A stretch of DNA of 32,000 nt from contig CP064993.1 in the NCBI GenBank assembly GCA_016699955.1, positions 990,001 through 1,022,000 on the forward strand. Direction: 5' to 3'. Positions 16,001 to 23,783 of the stretch are shown here, one piece after another. Each line of letters begins with the position of its first letter. The first letter of the stretch is position 1. This stretch comes from Candidatus Saccharimonadota bacterium (GTDB lineage: Bacteria; Patescibacteriota; Saccharimonadia; Saccharimonadales; UBA4665). Below the pieces are notes generated by a model, which saw only the letters and a list, made by a program, of their open reading frames with translations, did not search any database and was not told where the DNA came from. A program made the position numbers and the translations under genes.

Positions 16001-16893
16001 AAAATACTAAGACACATGCTTTCTGGTTTAATACCGGCACGTTCCATGCTTTCGAGCAAACGCAGGCGCTTCATTAGCTTCTTCTTGCGTTGACCCTTGG
16101 CTTCTTCGGCTTCTTTAGTTAGGTCAGCGATAAGCTGGACGAGGTCAATGTCTTCCAGCATCTCACGAAGTGCAGCACCACCCATGCCAACTGTAACCAT
16201 GTCGCGTAAATCACGTGGCAGGTTGCGGTAATCGTTCTCGTTCATGAGGTTTAGCTTAACCAAACTGTCTAACTGACTTTTGAGCAGTTCCCAGTCTTTA
16301 TCGAGTTCTTCTAACTCTTTGGTTTGTGCTTCGGCAAGCGCTTTAACGTTGGCATCCTCTGCCTCGGCTTCTTTTTCGTAGCGTAGTTTAATTGCTTGCT
16401 GGCCAGCTTGCCACTCAGCTTCTTTGTCACTGCGGTATTGGTCGCGCAACGGCACATTGACACTTTTTACAATGTACGCTGCAAAGTATGCCACGCGTTC
16501 GAGGCTTTTTACTGTCATGCCCAGTAGCAGTCCAATCGCACTTGGCGTACCGCGTAGGAACCAGATGTGTGCTACTGGCACCGCCAAGTTAATATGACCC
16601 ATGCGTTCGCGTCGCACAATGCTCCTGGTTACAAGTTCGCCGTTTTTATCAACAGCGGCTTCACGCGAGCGGACACCCTTGTATTTGGCATCATGAGGAT
16701 TAATGTCTTTGACAGGACCAAAAATGCGCTCACAGAACAGTCCATCGCGCTCCGGTTTTTGGGTTCGATAGTTTATGGTCTCAGGTTTTAAAACCTCACC
16801 GTAACTCCAGTCTTCAATGTCTTTACTACTGGCGACAGCCAGGCGCACTGCATCAAAATCTGCTATGTTAGTGCCGTATGAATAGCGTCGCAT
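13042..16893 (-). CDS. rpoC: DNA-directed RNA polymerase subunit beta-prime (1283 aa)
   Basis: The NADFDGDQ catalytic motif, bridge helix and trigger loop are present. ATG 16893 (MRRYSYGTNIADFDAVRLAVAS) lies 1 nt after the rpoB stop with GGAGG upstream. The ORF-track start 16950 lies inside rpoB. Confidence 0.97.
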   Translation of the reverse strand: MRRYSYGTNIADFDAVRLAVASSKDIEDWSYGEVLKPETINYRTQKPERDGLFCERIFGPVKDINPHDAKYKGVRSREAAVDKNGELVTRSIVRRERMGHINLAVPVAHIWFLRGTPSAIGLLLGMTVKSLERVAYFAAYIVKSVNVPLRDQYRSDKEAEWQAGQQAIKLRYEKEAEAEDANVKALAEAQTKELEELDKDWELLKSQLDSLVKLNLMNENDYRNLPRDLRDMVTVGMGGAALREMLEDIDLVQLIADLTKEAEEAKGQRKKKLMKRLRLLESMERAGIKPESMCLSILPVIPPDLRPMVQLTGGRFATSDLNDLYRRVINRNNRLKKLMELNAPEVIRRNEQRMLQEAVDALIDNNNARSGRAVAATGQRRRLKSLSDMLKGKQGRFRQNLLGKRVDYSGRSVIVAGPELKINQCGLPKMMALELFKPFVIGELIFREQAHNIRSATRMIETGETEVWDALDEVITGKYVLLNRAPSLHRLSIQAFQPVLIEGRAIQLHPLVCKGFNADFDGDQMAVHLPLSDAAQHEARDIMSANRNLLKPADGSPILHIEQDIVLGCYYLTYERPGEQQKPRVFSSLNEASMAFDAGVVTLQSRVLAPFRGELRETTLGRMYFNEIFPDDFAYQDEAMTKKRLQKVMAAVYAQYGQEKTAEIADNLKDLGFRYATLSGLSMGMGDFEPIEGLQETLSEGETRSAGISEQFEQGFITDDERHRLTVENWTKIDTRVQNMLAEQMRDQDGPMAIAITSGARGNISQMKMSVGMLGVFQDAAGHVIELPVKAGYMQGLTPLEYFTGTRGTRKAVIDIALKTADAGYLTRRLVDVSQDVFTIDDDGDDAADPGFSMLRADAAAIGVSYASRLEGRFAAEDVKGHIKSGELFTKATAEAIDADEKLDGIKIRSALSATSVHGVPQKSYGVDPATGNLVTSHNPIGVIAAQSIGEPGTQLSLDSKHRSGAVVADDTAQGLSRVEELFEARSPKGQAYLADINGVVNAWEEGERYIVQVTANDRENLELALEGRTAKIASGSDVAIGDVLASQSDGAEPLVSPMAGKAELTDKSVIITPTSKSVVRYEIPGFKQLLVQDGDVVVAGQRLTNGSINLHDLVRLQGVESTQRYIMNEILGIFAGQGQNISDKHLEIIVRQMFSRVQVEDAGDSEFVTGDVVSKLAVAEANEALVADGKQPAKVNQLLLGITKASLSTDSFLSAASFQDTTRVLIGAATSGRVDKLFGLKENVILGRKIPVGTGYGASNALDEGDDVVEEYHNDQTFRAEG

Positions 16894-16894
16894 A

Positions 16895-19800
16895 TTAAGC
16901 CTCCTCTCCTTTTTCATCAGTAATGTCATCGATGTCATTTGAGTTTGCAACTACCATAGCAGCGGCTTCTTCGTCAAAATCAGTTACAATTGGGCTGCCT
17001 TGGCCGTCTTCAAATTCAAATCCTTGAGCGGCAGCTTCTTCGCTTGTCACGTCAATGTCGGAAATAGCCGATGTTGGCGCTTCGACGATGGCCGGATGAG
17101 TTGCTTCCTCATGGATATTTGTGGCAAGAACAGCTTCGGCATCGACCAACTGGTCTGAGGCGACAAGATCAACTTTAAGACCAAGGCCTTGCAGCTCTTT
17201 AACTAGCACGTTGAAGCTTTCAGGAACTTTTGGACCGACAATTTCGGTCTTTTTAATGATGGCTTCGTAGGCTTTACTACGGCCATATACATCGTCTGAC
17301 TTGATTGTCAACATTTCTTGCAGAGTGTACGCTGCGCCGTAAGCTTCCAGCGCCCAGACTTCCATTTCACCAAATCGTTGGCCACCGTTTTGTGCCTTAC
17401 CGCCAAGTGGTTGTTGAGTAACCATAGTGTAAGGACCAGTGCTGCGAGCGTGAATCTTATCAGCAACCATATGGTTGAGCTTAATCATGTACATACTGCC
17501 CACGGTCGTTCGCTCTTTGAAGGCGCCACCGGTGCGACCATCGTACAGCTGCTGCTTACCGTCTTCCGGGAAGCCAGCGTCTTTAAGCATAGACTGAATC
17601 TTATTCATCGGTACGCCGTTAAAGCTTGGGCTTGCCACTTTCATGCCAAGGGCGCGAGCGGCCATACCAAGGTGCGTTTCAAACAACTGGCCAATATTCA
17701 TACGACTTGGCACGCCCAGTGGGTTAAGGACTATTTCTACTGGCGTTCCGTCTTCCATGAATGGCATGTCTTCGACGGGCAATATGCGGGCTATAACACC
17801 CTTGTTACCGTGCCGTCCTCCAAGTTTGTCGCCAACGCTGATTTTGCGCATTTGAGCCACAAAAACCTGGATTTGCATAAGAACACCAGCCTTCAGTTCA
17901 TGTCCGTTTTCACGGCTAAAGACTTTGACGCCCACAACTTTACCATGTTTGCCGTTGCTCATTCGCTGAGAAGTATCACGGACTTCTTTTGCTTTTTCAC
18001 CAAATATTGCCCGAAGTAGTCGTTCTTCGCTGCTTAGTTCTTGCTCACCTTTTGGCGTAATTTTTCCAACCAATATGTCGCCAGGATGAACCTCGGCGCC
18101 AATACGAACAATACCATCGTCGTCGAGGTGGCGAAGCGCTTCCTCGCTAACATTTGGGATATCTCGCGTGACAATTTCTGGTCCTAGTTTTGTTTCGCGG
18201 ACTTCAATCATGTAGTCGACAATATGGACACTTGTCAAAGTGTCGTCTTCAACCAACTTGCGGCTAATGATGATAGCGTCTTCGAAGTTGTATCCTGCCC
18301 ATGGCATAAATGCCACAATCAAATCCTTACCAAGCGCGAGTTCGCCGCCCTGGATGCTCATGCCCTCAATCAGTGGATCGCCGGTTTTTACCGTATCTCC
18401 AGTAGAAACAACGACGTGTTGGTTTATGCTGGTACCTTCGTTGGAGCGCACAAAATGCTCTGCGTCATAGGTGACGTTGCCTTCTTTGTATTTCACAACA
18501 ACCTGGTCGGCGTTGGCTTTTAGGACCTCGCCCGTACCTTCTGCGATAACTAGTTGCCCGGTATTTGCGGCGGCAGCAGCCTCTACGCCCGTACCAACAA
18601 TTGGACTCTCTGGCGCTATCAGTGGCACTGCCTGACGCTGCTGGTTACTACCCATTAGCGCACGGTAGACGTAGTTTTTTTCAATAAACGGAATGAGACC
18701 GGCACTGCTACCGATAATCTGGTTTTGGGCAGCGTCAATGTGTGTAACATCTTCTCTGTCAACTGTGGCTGACTTTAGGCCATCACGCGCACTGACACGC
18801 TCTTCGACAATTTTGCCTGTTTTGTCCAGCTTAACACCCGCACCGGCGATAACCGCATGTTCTTCAGCAGCAGCGTCAAGGTAGACAATTTCATCAGTCA
18901 GTTTACTGTCCACCACTTTGCGGTAGGGTGTTTCAATAAATCCATAGTCGTTTATACGGGCAAAATTCGCGAGATTAAGGACTAACCCCACGTTTGCGCC
19001 TTCAGGAGTTTCCACCGCACATATGCGACCGTAGTGAGTCGCGTGGGCATCACGAACTTCAAAACCAGCACGTTCACGGCTGAGGCCACCTGGCCCCATA
19101 GAGCTAAGGCGTCGTTTGTGAGCCAGTTCAGACAGCGGATTGATTTGATCCATAAACTGCGAAAGCTGTGAGCTCGCAAAAAACTCACGCACAGCAGCCA
19201 CGACAGGACGAGCATTTATAAGCTGGCCCGGCTGGACTGTTTCGATTTCGCTCATACTCATACGATCTTGGGTGTTACGTACCATGCGCAGCAGGCCAAT
19301 CCGGAACTGACGCTGTACCAACTCTCCAACCATTTTGATACGGCGATTGCTTAGTGAATCAATATCATCGCCTGGTTCCTGTGTGACATTCATGCGTATT
19401 AGCTCAGCGATAATAGCCACGAGGTCTTCAAGGCGCATAATCCGGTTTTCGGCCGTATTTGCCACATCTAAATGAAGTCGTTGGTTAATTTTGTAACGGC
19501 CAACGCGTGAGAAGTCAAAACGCTTAAAGTTGTAGAACATGTTTTCAAGCAAACTGCGAGCATTGTCGACAGTTGCTAGATCGCCCGGACGAAGCCTGCG
19601 GTAAACTTCAATTAGTGCTTCGGCGTGTCCTTTGCTTGGGTCTTTGTCGAGTGTTGACTGCAAAAAACTATCTTTTGCCTGATCAACGTTTTTAAACGCC
19701 TCTTTCATGGTTGCTTCAGTCATACCCAGCGCGCGCAGCAGAGTCGTTACTGGGATCTTACGCTTACGATCAATCTTGACATACAGCGCACCGTTTGCGG

Positions 19801-20323
19801 CGGTCTCAAACTCAAGCCAAGCACCGCGACCAGGGATAACCTTGGCGCTGTAGAGGCTGCGAGTACCATGCAACTCAGCCGTATAAAAAACACCAGCCGA
19901 TCGAATCAGCTGGCTTACCACGACGCGCTCGGCACCGTTAATAATAAACGTACCGCGCCTAGTCATCCAAGGGTAGTCTCCCAGGTAAATCTCTTGCTCT
20001 TTGACTTCGCCGGTGACTTTGTTTGTCAGCTCAACCGTTGCCTTTAAGGGCGCGTCGTAACTAACATTATTCTCCCGAGCTTCAGCTTCAGTCAGTTTTG
20101 GTTCTTCAAAATGGTACTGTTTAAAAATAAGACTCAGTTTTGTACCGGTATAATCATCGACCGGACTGATTTCGGCCAGAAGCTCACCGAGCCCCTCGTC
20201 AACCAACCACTGAAATGATTTATTTTGATGGTCTACCAAATTAGGCAGCGCAAGACCACTGTCTTGACTGTCGTCGGTTAGGTAGACACGTGATGTTTTG
20301 CTCGCAGTTACTGCTTTAGCCAT
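16895..20323 (-). CDS. rpoB: DNA-directed RNA polymerase subunit beta (1142 aa) with an 89-aa acidic C-terminal tail
   Basis: It has the Rif-region motif SQLSQFMDQINPLSELAHKRRLSSMGPGGL, plus ETPEG, GNKGV and the C-terminal ESFNVLVKELQGLGL. Confidence 0.98.
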   Translation of the reverse strand: MAKAVTASKTSRVYLTDDSQDSGLALPNLVDHQNKSFQWLVDEGLGELLAEISPVDDYTGTKLSLIFKQYHFEEPKLTEAEARENNVSYDAPLKATVELTNKVTGEVKEQEIYLGDYPWMTRRGTFIINGAERVVVSQLIRSAGVFYTAELHGTRSLYSAKVIPGRGAWLEFETAANGALYVKIDRKRKIPVTTLLRALGMTEATMKEAFKNVDQAKDSFLQSTLDKDPSKGHAEALIEVYRRLRPGDLATVDNARSLLENMFYNFKRFDFSRVGRYKINQRLHLDVANTAENRIMRLEDLVAIIAELIRMNVTQEPGDDIDSLSNRRIKMVGELVQRQFRIGLLRMVRNTQDRMSMSEIETVQPGQLINARPVVAAVREFFASSQLSQFMDQINPLSELAHKRRLSSMGPGGLSRERAGFEVRDAHATHYGRICAVETPEGANVGLVLNLANFARINDYGFIETPYRKVVDSKLTDEIVYLDAAAEEHAVIAGAGVKLDKTGKIVEERVSARDGLKSATVDREDVTHIDAAQNQIIGSSAGLIPFIEKNYVYRALMGSNQQRQAVPLIAPESPIVGTGVEAAAAANTGQLVIAEGTGEVLKANADQVVVKYKEGNVTYDAEHFVRSNEGTSINQHVVVSTGDTVKTGDPLIEGMSIQGGELALGKDLIVAFMPWAGYNFEDAIIISRKLVEDDTLTSVHIVDYMIEVRETKLGPEIVTRDIPNVSEEALRHLDDDGIVRIGAEVHPGDILVGKITPKGEQELSSEERLLRAIFGEKAKEVRDTSQRMSNGKHGKVVGVKVFSRENGHELKAGVLMQIQVFVAQMRKISVGDKLGGRHGNKGVIARILPVEDMPFMEDGTPVEIVLNPLGVPSRMNIGQLFETHLGMAARALGMKVASPSFNGVPMNKIQSMLKDAGFPEDGKQQLYDGRTGGAFKERTTVGSMYMIKLNHMVADKIHARSTGPYTMVTQQPLGGKAQNGGQRFGEMEVWALEAYGAAYTLQEMLTIKSDDVYGRSKAYEAIIKKTEIVGPKVPESFNVLVKELQGLGLKVDLVASDQLVDAEAVLATNIHEEATHPAIVEAPTSAISDIDVTSEEAAAQGFEFEDGQGSPIVTDFDEEAAAMVVANSNDIDDITDEKGEEA

Positions 20324-20348
20324 ACGCGCGTGAGCTCCTTATAGATAA

Positions 20349-20467
20349 GTAGTTAGTAAATCGTAGATTAAGTAACATCTACGAATCGTTTTGATAAATT
20401 ATCAGAGTTTTTCGCCAGTAGCGCACCGTCGGTAATACTAAATAACCAACTACTGCCTACTAACTAC
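20349..20467 (-). other. Potential RNA structure in the rpoB 5' leader: a 10-bp long-range inverted repeat enclosing a perfect 8-bp hairpin
   Basis: gtagttagta (20349-20358) is complementary to tactaactac (20458-20467). The inner hairpin is tcgtagat-taagtaac-atctacga (20361-20384). Confidence 0.35.
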
Positions 20468-20625
20468 CTTTTGGAAGATACACTAAGCGGGAGATTTTGG
20501 TGCTTAACTGGTTTGGCGCCTAAGCCAGCACAGCCCCAACTTATACTACTTCTTACATACCAGAGTACAGCGTATGACTGTATTCGTCAAGGCTTGCAGT
20601 GATAAAGCTCACAGACTTCTGGTTA

Positions 20626-21219
20626 CTATGACGTTGTTGGTGCGCTAATGACCTTGTCGACTAGGCCGTATTTTAACGCCTCGGGGGCGGTCATCCAGCG
20701 GTCGCGTTCCATGTCTTCGTGGACTTTCTCTAGCTTTTGACCAGTGTTTTTTGCCATGATGCTCTCAAGTAAACGCTTGACTCGTAGTGATTCTTGCAAG
20801 TCAATTTCTTGATCGGTTACTTTGCCGCGCGTGCCACTGCTGGGCTGGTGAATCATTACGGTAGCATTTGGCAATAAAAATCGTTTGCCTTTTTTGCCGC
20901 TACTGAGCAAAAACGCAGCTGCACTAGCCTGAACTCCTATGCCAAAAGTCTGCACGTCGTTCGCTATGTACTGCATGGTGTCATAAATGGCCAATGCGTC
21001 GTACACACTACCACCGGGACTGTTGATATACAAATATATATCTTTTTTGGCATCCTCTGCCTGCAAAAATAGCAGCTGAGCGACAATCAGGTTTGCCGTA
21101 ACTTCGTTTATTTCACTACCAACAAAGATAATCCTGTCCTTAAGCAGACGGCTATAGATGTCGTAGGCTCGCTCATGACGGCCTTCACTTTCAATTACAG
21201 TTGGAACAAGTACGCTCAT
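20626..21219 (-). CDS. clpP: ATP-dependent Clp protease proteolytic subunit
   Basis: The 197-aa ORF has the Ser ([11 protein letters not shown]), His (MIHQP) and Asp ([18 protein letters not shown]) catalytic-triad contexts. Confidence 0.97.
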   Translation of the reverse strand: MSVLVPTVIESEGRHERAYDIYSRLLKDRIIFVGSEINEVTANLIVAQLLFLQAEDAKKDIYLYINSPGGSVYDALAIYDTMQYIANDVQTFGIGVQASAAAFLLSSGKKGKRFLLPNATVMIHQPSSGTRGKVTDQEIDLQESLRVKRLLESIMAKNTGQKLEKVHEDMERDRWMTAPEALKYGLVDKVISAPTTS

Positions 21220-21281
21220 TTTACCTCATTTCCTTAATGCACCCCTGTGAGTTTTTACCCAGGATGAGTTACAGTCACTCA

Positions 21282-21311
21282 AGTATAGCGAAACTAGCAC
21301 TCTCATGTCAA
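21282..21311 (-). promoter_or_regulatory. Putative clpP promoter TTGACA-18 nt-TATACT
   Basis: The minus strand reads cTTGACAtgagagtgctagtttcgcTATACTtgag. The -35 hexamer lies in the spacer of the CIRCE palindrome, about 60 nt upstream of the clpP ATG. Confidence 0.6.
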
Positions 21312-21320
21312 GAGTGCTAA
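21294..21320. promoter_or_regulatory. CIRCE element (HrcA operator)
   Basis: The minus strand reads TTAGCACTC-ttgacatga-GAGTGCTAg. The CIRCE consensus is TTAGCACTC-N9-GAGTGCTAA, so this is 1 mismatch in 18 with exact 9-nt spacing. Confidence 0.8.
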
Positions 21321-21509
21321 CCAGATTTACACGGCTTAATACCAAAAAAGCTAGGAGGGACAGGTCATTTACGCCCGGTTCAGCGTAAGCACGAACTGTT
21401 AGCGCCTGCAAACGTTAGGCAAGCGAGAGCGCAACCTTCACGAGTGGGCTAGCCGCATTGTCAACGACATTATGATTATTCTTCTGCTTTAATTGTAACC
21501 TGTTGAAGC

Positions 21510-21764
21510 TTACTTCTGCTCAGGGCTATTGAGTTGTGTGGGGGGTAGTTGCTTAGTCGGGTCGGAGCCTTGCCCACCCCACAGCGGAATCCCTGGTGTA
21601 CCAGAGATAACGGCATTAGCAACGTTCGTTGCCACTCTTTTTGCCGCGTCTATCCCTCTGAGCAGGCTTGATGGAGTACCTGCATCGGCCAACCCTTTTC
21701 CTGGCTGACCCTTTGTAGCTTCGCCTGACAAATTAGGAGTACCGCCTGAATTTTCTTTGCTCAT
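21510..21764 (-). CDS. Hypothetical low-complexity Gly/Pro/Thr-rich protein (84 aa)
   Basis: It is the only ORF in the tig-clpP gap. It has a weak, closely spaced SD and I recognise no family. Confidence 0.35.
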   Translation of the reverse strand: MSKENSGGTPNLSGEATKGQPGKGLADAGTPSSLLRGIDAAKRVATNVANAVISGTPGIPLWGGQGSDPTKQLPPTQLNSPEQK

Positions 21765-22003
21765 ACCTTAACCATACCCTATTGCGCCGCTGTTTGCAAA
21801 CATTCGTCCCTACATTCCATCCCAAAGTGAAAAATATCTATTTCGCTGAGCTCGGCATTTGTCGGCTTGGCTCGACTAACTGGAAAATTGTCTAAGTTCT
21901 AAAAGAAGCTAATCGGAGAAACCTCGTTTATTCAAACGATCAAATAATTTCCTTCTTCGTTCAAGTAAGACTTGGTCTGGGCTAAACTGCTTCAGGGTTT
22001 AGG

Positions 22004-23287
22004 CTAAGCGACAGCCTTATCAACCAGTACAGCGATGGTTTTTTCGGTGAGCATGCGACTCAATATGTCGCGTTGGCTTTCGGGTTTTTCTAGCTCAGCC
22101 TGCATTTGCTCGTCGCTGTACTGCTTACGCAAGGCAGATAGTCGCTCCTGCAATTCTTCTGGCGATACGAGCACACCTTCTTTTTCCGCAATATCACCGA
22201 GCGCTATACCTGTTTTTATACGTAGTAGCGCCTGCTCGCGGTGGCTGTTTCTATGTTCCTCTGCGGTTTTACCCTCAAGCTTTAGGTGTTCTTCCCATGT
22301 TTGGCCACGGTACACAAGGTTTCGTTTTTCATCCTCATCCATGCGGTCAATTTCTTGCTCGACAAGCACATCAGGTATGGCAACCTGTGTTTTTTGGCCC
22401 AGCTGTTCGAGCACGCTATTTTCCACCTGTTGCTGGGCTTGCCGTTCTTTTTCTACCCCAATTTGCTTACGAATATCAGCGCGTAGTTCGGCCGGGGATG
22501 TGAACGAACCAAGCTTTGCCGCAAAGGTCCCATCCAACTTGGGTAGCACTAGCTCTTTGACGCTTTTGACAGTAACCGTAAACTCGGCTTTTTTATTCTG
22601 CAAAGCAGCGCTGCTATAATCTTTTGGAAACGTCACCGTAAATACCTTGCTCTCACCGTTTTTCAGGCCAACTAGTTCTGGTTCAAACCCAGGTATAAAC
22701 GTGTTACTGCCCACCACAAGCGGGTAGTCTTCGCCAGTTGCGCCCTCGATGGGCTCCTTGGATTTCGCATCGACGCCGCTAAAGTTGATAGTTACCTCAT
22801 CACCGTTCGCCGCGGGGCGTTTTACTTCTTTTTTAGTGGCGTCCCGTGCCAGCAAATCATCGATTACTTTTTCGACTTCTTCATCCTTGACGGGGTCGAC
22901 TTTTTTACTAACTTTAAATTTCTTGTAGTCAGGTAGTTTAAGCTCGCCAACAACGTCAATTACAGCGGTCAATTCTAGCGCCGTAAAGGGCACAAATTTC
23001 GTCAAGCTGACCTCTGGCTGTCCGACAGCCCGCAGTTTTTCTTCTTTAACTGCGGTAACATAGAGCTCATTGACAAGACGGTCAATAACCTTGTTTTGGA
23101 GCAACTGCTGGTCAACAACTTTCTCGACCATGTTGGCCGGTGCGTGGCCTTTTCGGAATCCAGCCAGCTTGACTTCTTTAGAAAGCTCAGCGAGCACGGC
23201 GGCTTTTGCCGGTTCAAGCTCGTCGGCGCTGGCCGAAATGGTTAATTGTACGGTAGTAGGGGTGAGTTGTTTCTTGGTGGTTTGCAT
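22004..23287 (-). CDS. tig: Trigger factor
   Basis: The 427-aa ORF has an N-terminal ribosome-binding region with GFRKGHAP (the GFRxGxxP signature), a central FKBP-like segment and a C-terminal arm domain. Confidence 0.93.
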   Translation of the reverse strand: MQTTKKQLTPTTVQLTISASADELEPAKAAVLAELSKEVKLAGFRKGHAPANMVEKVVDQQLLQNKVIDRLVNELYVTAVKEEKLRAVGQPEVSLTKFVPFTALELTAVIDVVGELKLPDYKKFKVSKKVDPVKDEEVEKVIDDLLARDATKKEVKRPAANGDEVTINFSGVDAKSKEPIEGATGEDYPLVVGSNTFIPGFEPELVGLKNGESKVFTVTFPKDYSSAALQNKKAEFTVTVKSVKELVLPKLDGTFAAKLGSFTSPAELRADIRKQIGVEKERQAQQQVENSVLEQLGQKTQVAIPDVLVEQEIDRMDEDEKRNLVYRGQTWEEHLKLEGKTAEEHRNSHREQALLRIKTGIALGDIAEKEGVLVSPEELQERLSALRKQYSDEQMQAELEKPESQRDILSRMLTEKTIAVLVDKAVA

Positions 23288-23321
23288 AGGTGATTACTAT
23301 ATCAGATACTGCTCTTTTCAT

Positions 23322-23783
23322 CTAGAGCTGGACAGTAAGCAACAGTGCCGCGAGCGCAAACCAGACAAATTCCACCGGCAAGAACCGTGGGTGTTGCCGC
23401 TGAATATCATTATGAAATTTCCAGAATAAGTTTGAGTTGACTGGATCCTTGTGGCCACGTTTTACTGCTAAAAAGCGTGGAATCGAAAGTAGATCGGGCA
23501 CAGTGGCAATAAACGCACAGACCGACAGGCTAAGCCAGTTAGGGACCTGAGACCACCAGAGTAGCGCCACGAGGCCAACACACAGCACAAAGCCGCCCAC
23601 GATTTGAATAAACAAAAATTGCCGCGAATCGATGCGCGCCTCATTTGATTCTCCGGGTACATCATAATGCGGGATAGCATCGAGTACAAAGTGCGACACA
23701 AAAGCAAGCGGAACACTTAACCACATACTGGGCACCGCCAGCCCGATTAACGCACCGGTGAGGGCATGGTTGGGAGCGGTCAT
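23322..23783 (-). CDS. Polytopic membrane protein, possibly of the YdjM/DUF457-type membrane-bound metal-dependent hydrolase family
   Basis: It has about 4 hydrophobic helices, an N-terminal His (MTAPNHALTG..) and SHFVLDAIPHYD, which resembles the family's PDxDH-type motif. An ATGA overlap joins it to the hisS stop. Confidence 0.45.
   Translation of the reverse strand: MTAPNHALTGALIGLAVPSMWLSVPLAFVSHFVLDAIPHYDVPGESNEARIDSRQFLFIQIVGGFVLCVGLVALLWWSQVPNWLSLSVCAFIATVPDLLSIPRFLAVKRGHKDPVNSNLFWKFHNDIQRQHPRFLPVEFVWFALAALLLTVQL

Noticed and set aside
16894-16950. 19-codon N-terminal extension of the rpoC ORF (MQTQMTSMTLLMKKERRLN)
   Set aside because: It overlaps the rpoB 3' end in another frame. 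The homologous RpoC N-terminus begins at ATG 16893, which has a GGAGG SD.
17318-18019. 233-aa plus-strand ORF, plus others between 17643 and 18884
   Set aside because: All are antisense shadow ORFs inside rpoB.
21226-21411. 61-aa minus-strand ORF upstream of clpP
   Set aside because: It spans the CIRCE operator, the promoter and the clpP SD. The region is better explained as regulatory DNA.
21321-21509. A possible small structured RNA (SRP, 6S or RNase P type) in the gap upstream of the clpP promoter
   Set aside because: There is no match to the conserved motifs I know, such as the SRP domain IV GGAAG/AGCA signature or the RNase P GAGGAAAGUCC motif. There is also no convincing promoter-plus-terminator pair.
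22035-22619. 194-aa Ser/Cys-rich plus-strand ORF
   Set aside because: It is antisense to trigger factor and is a low-complexity shadow ORF.
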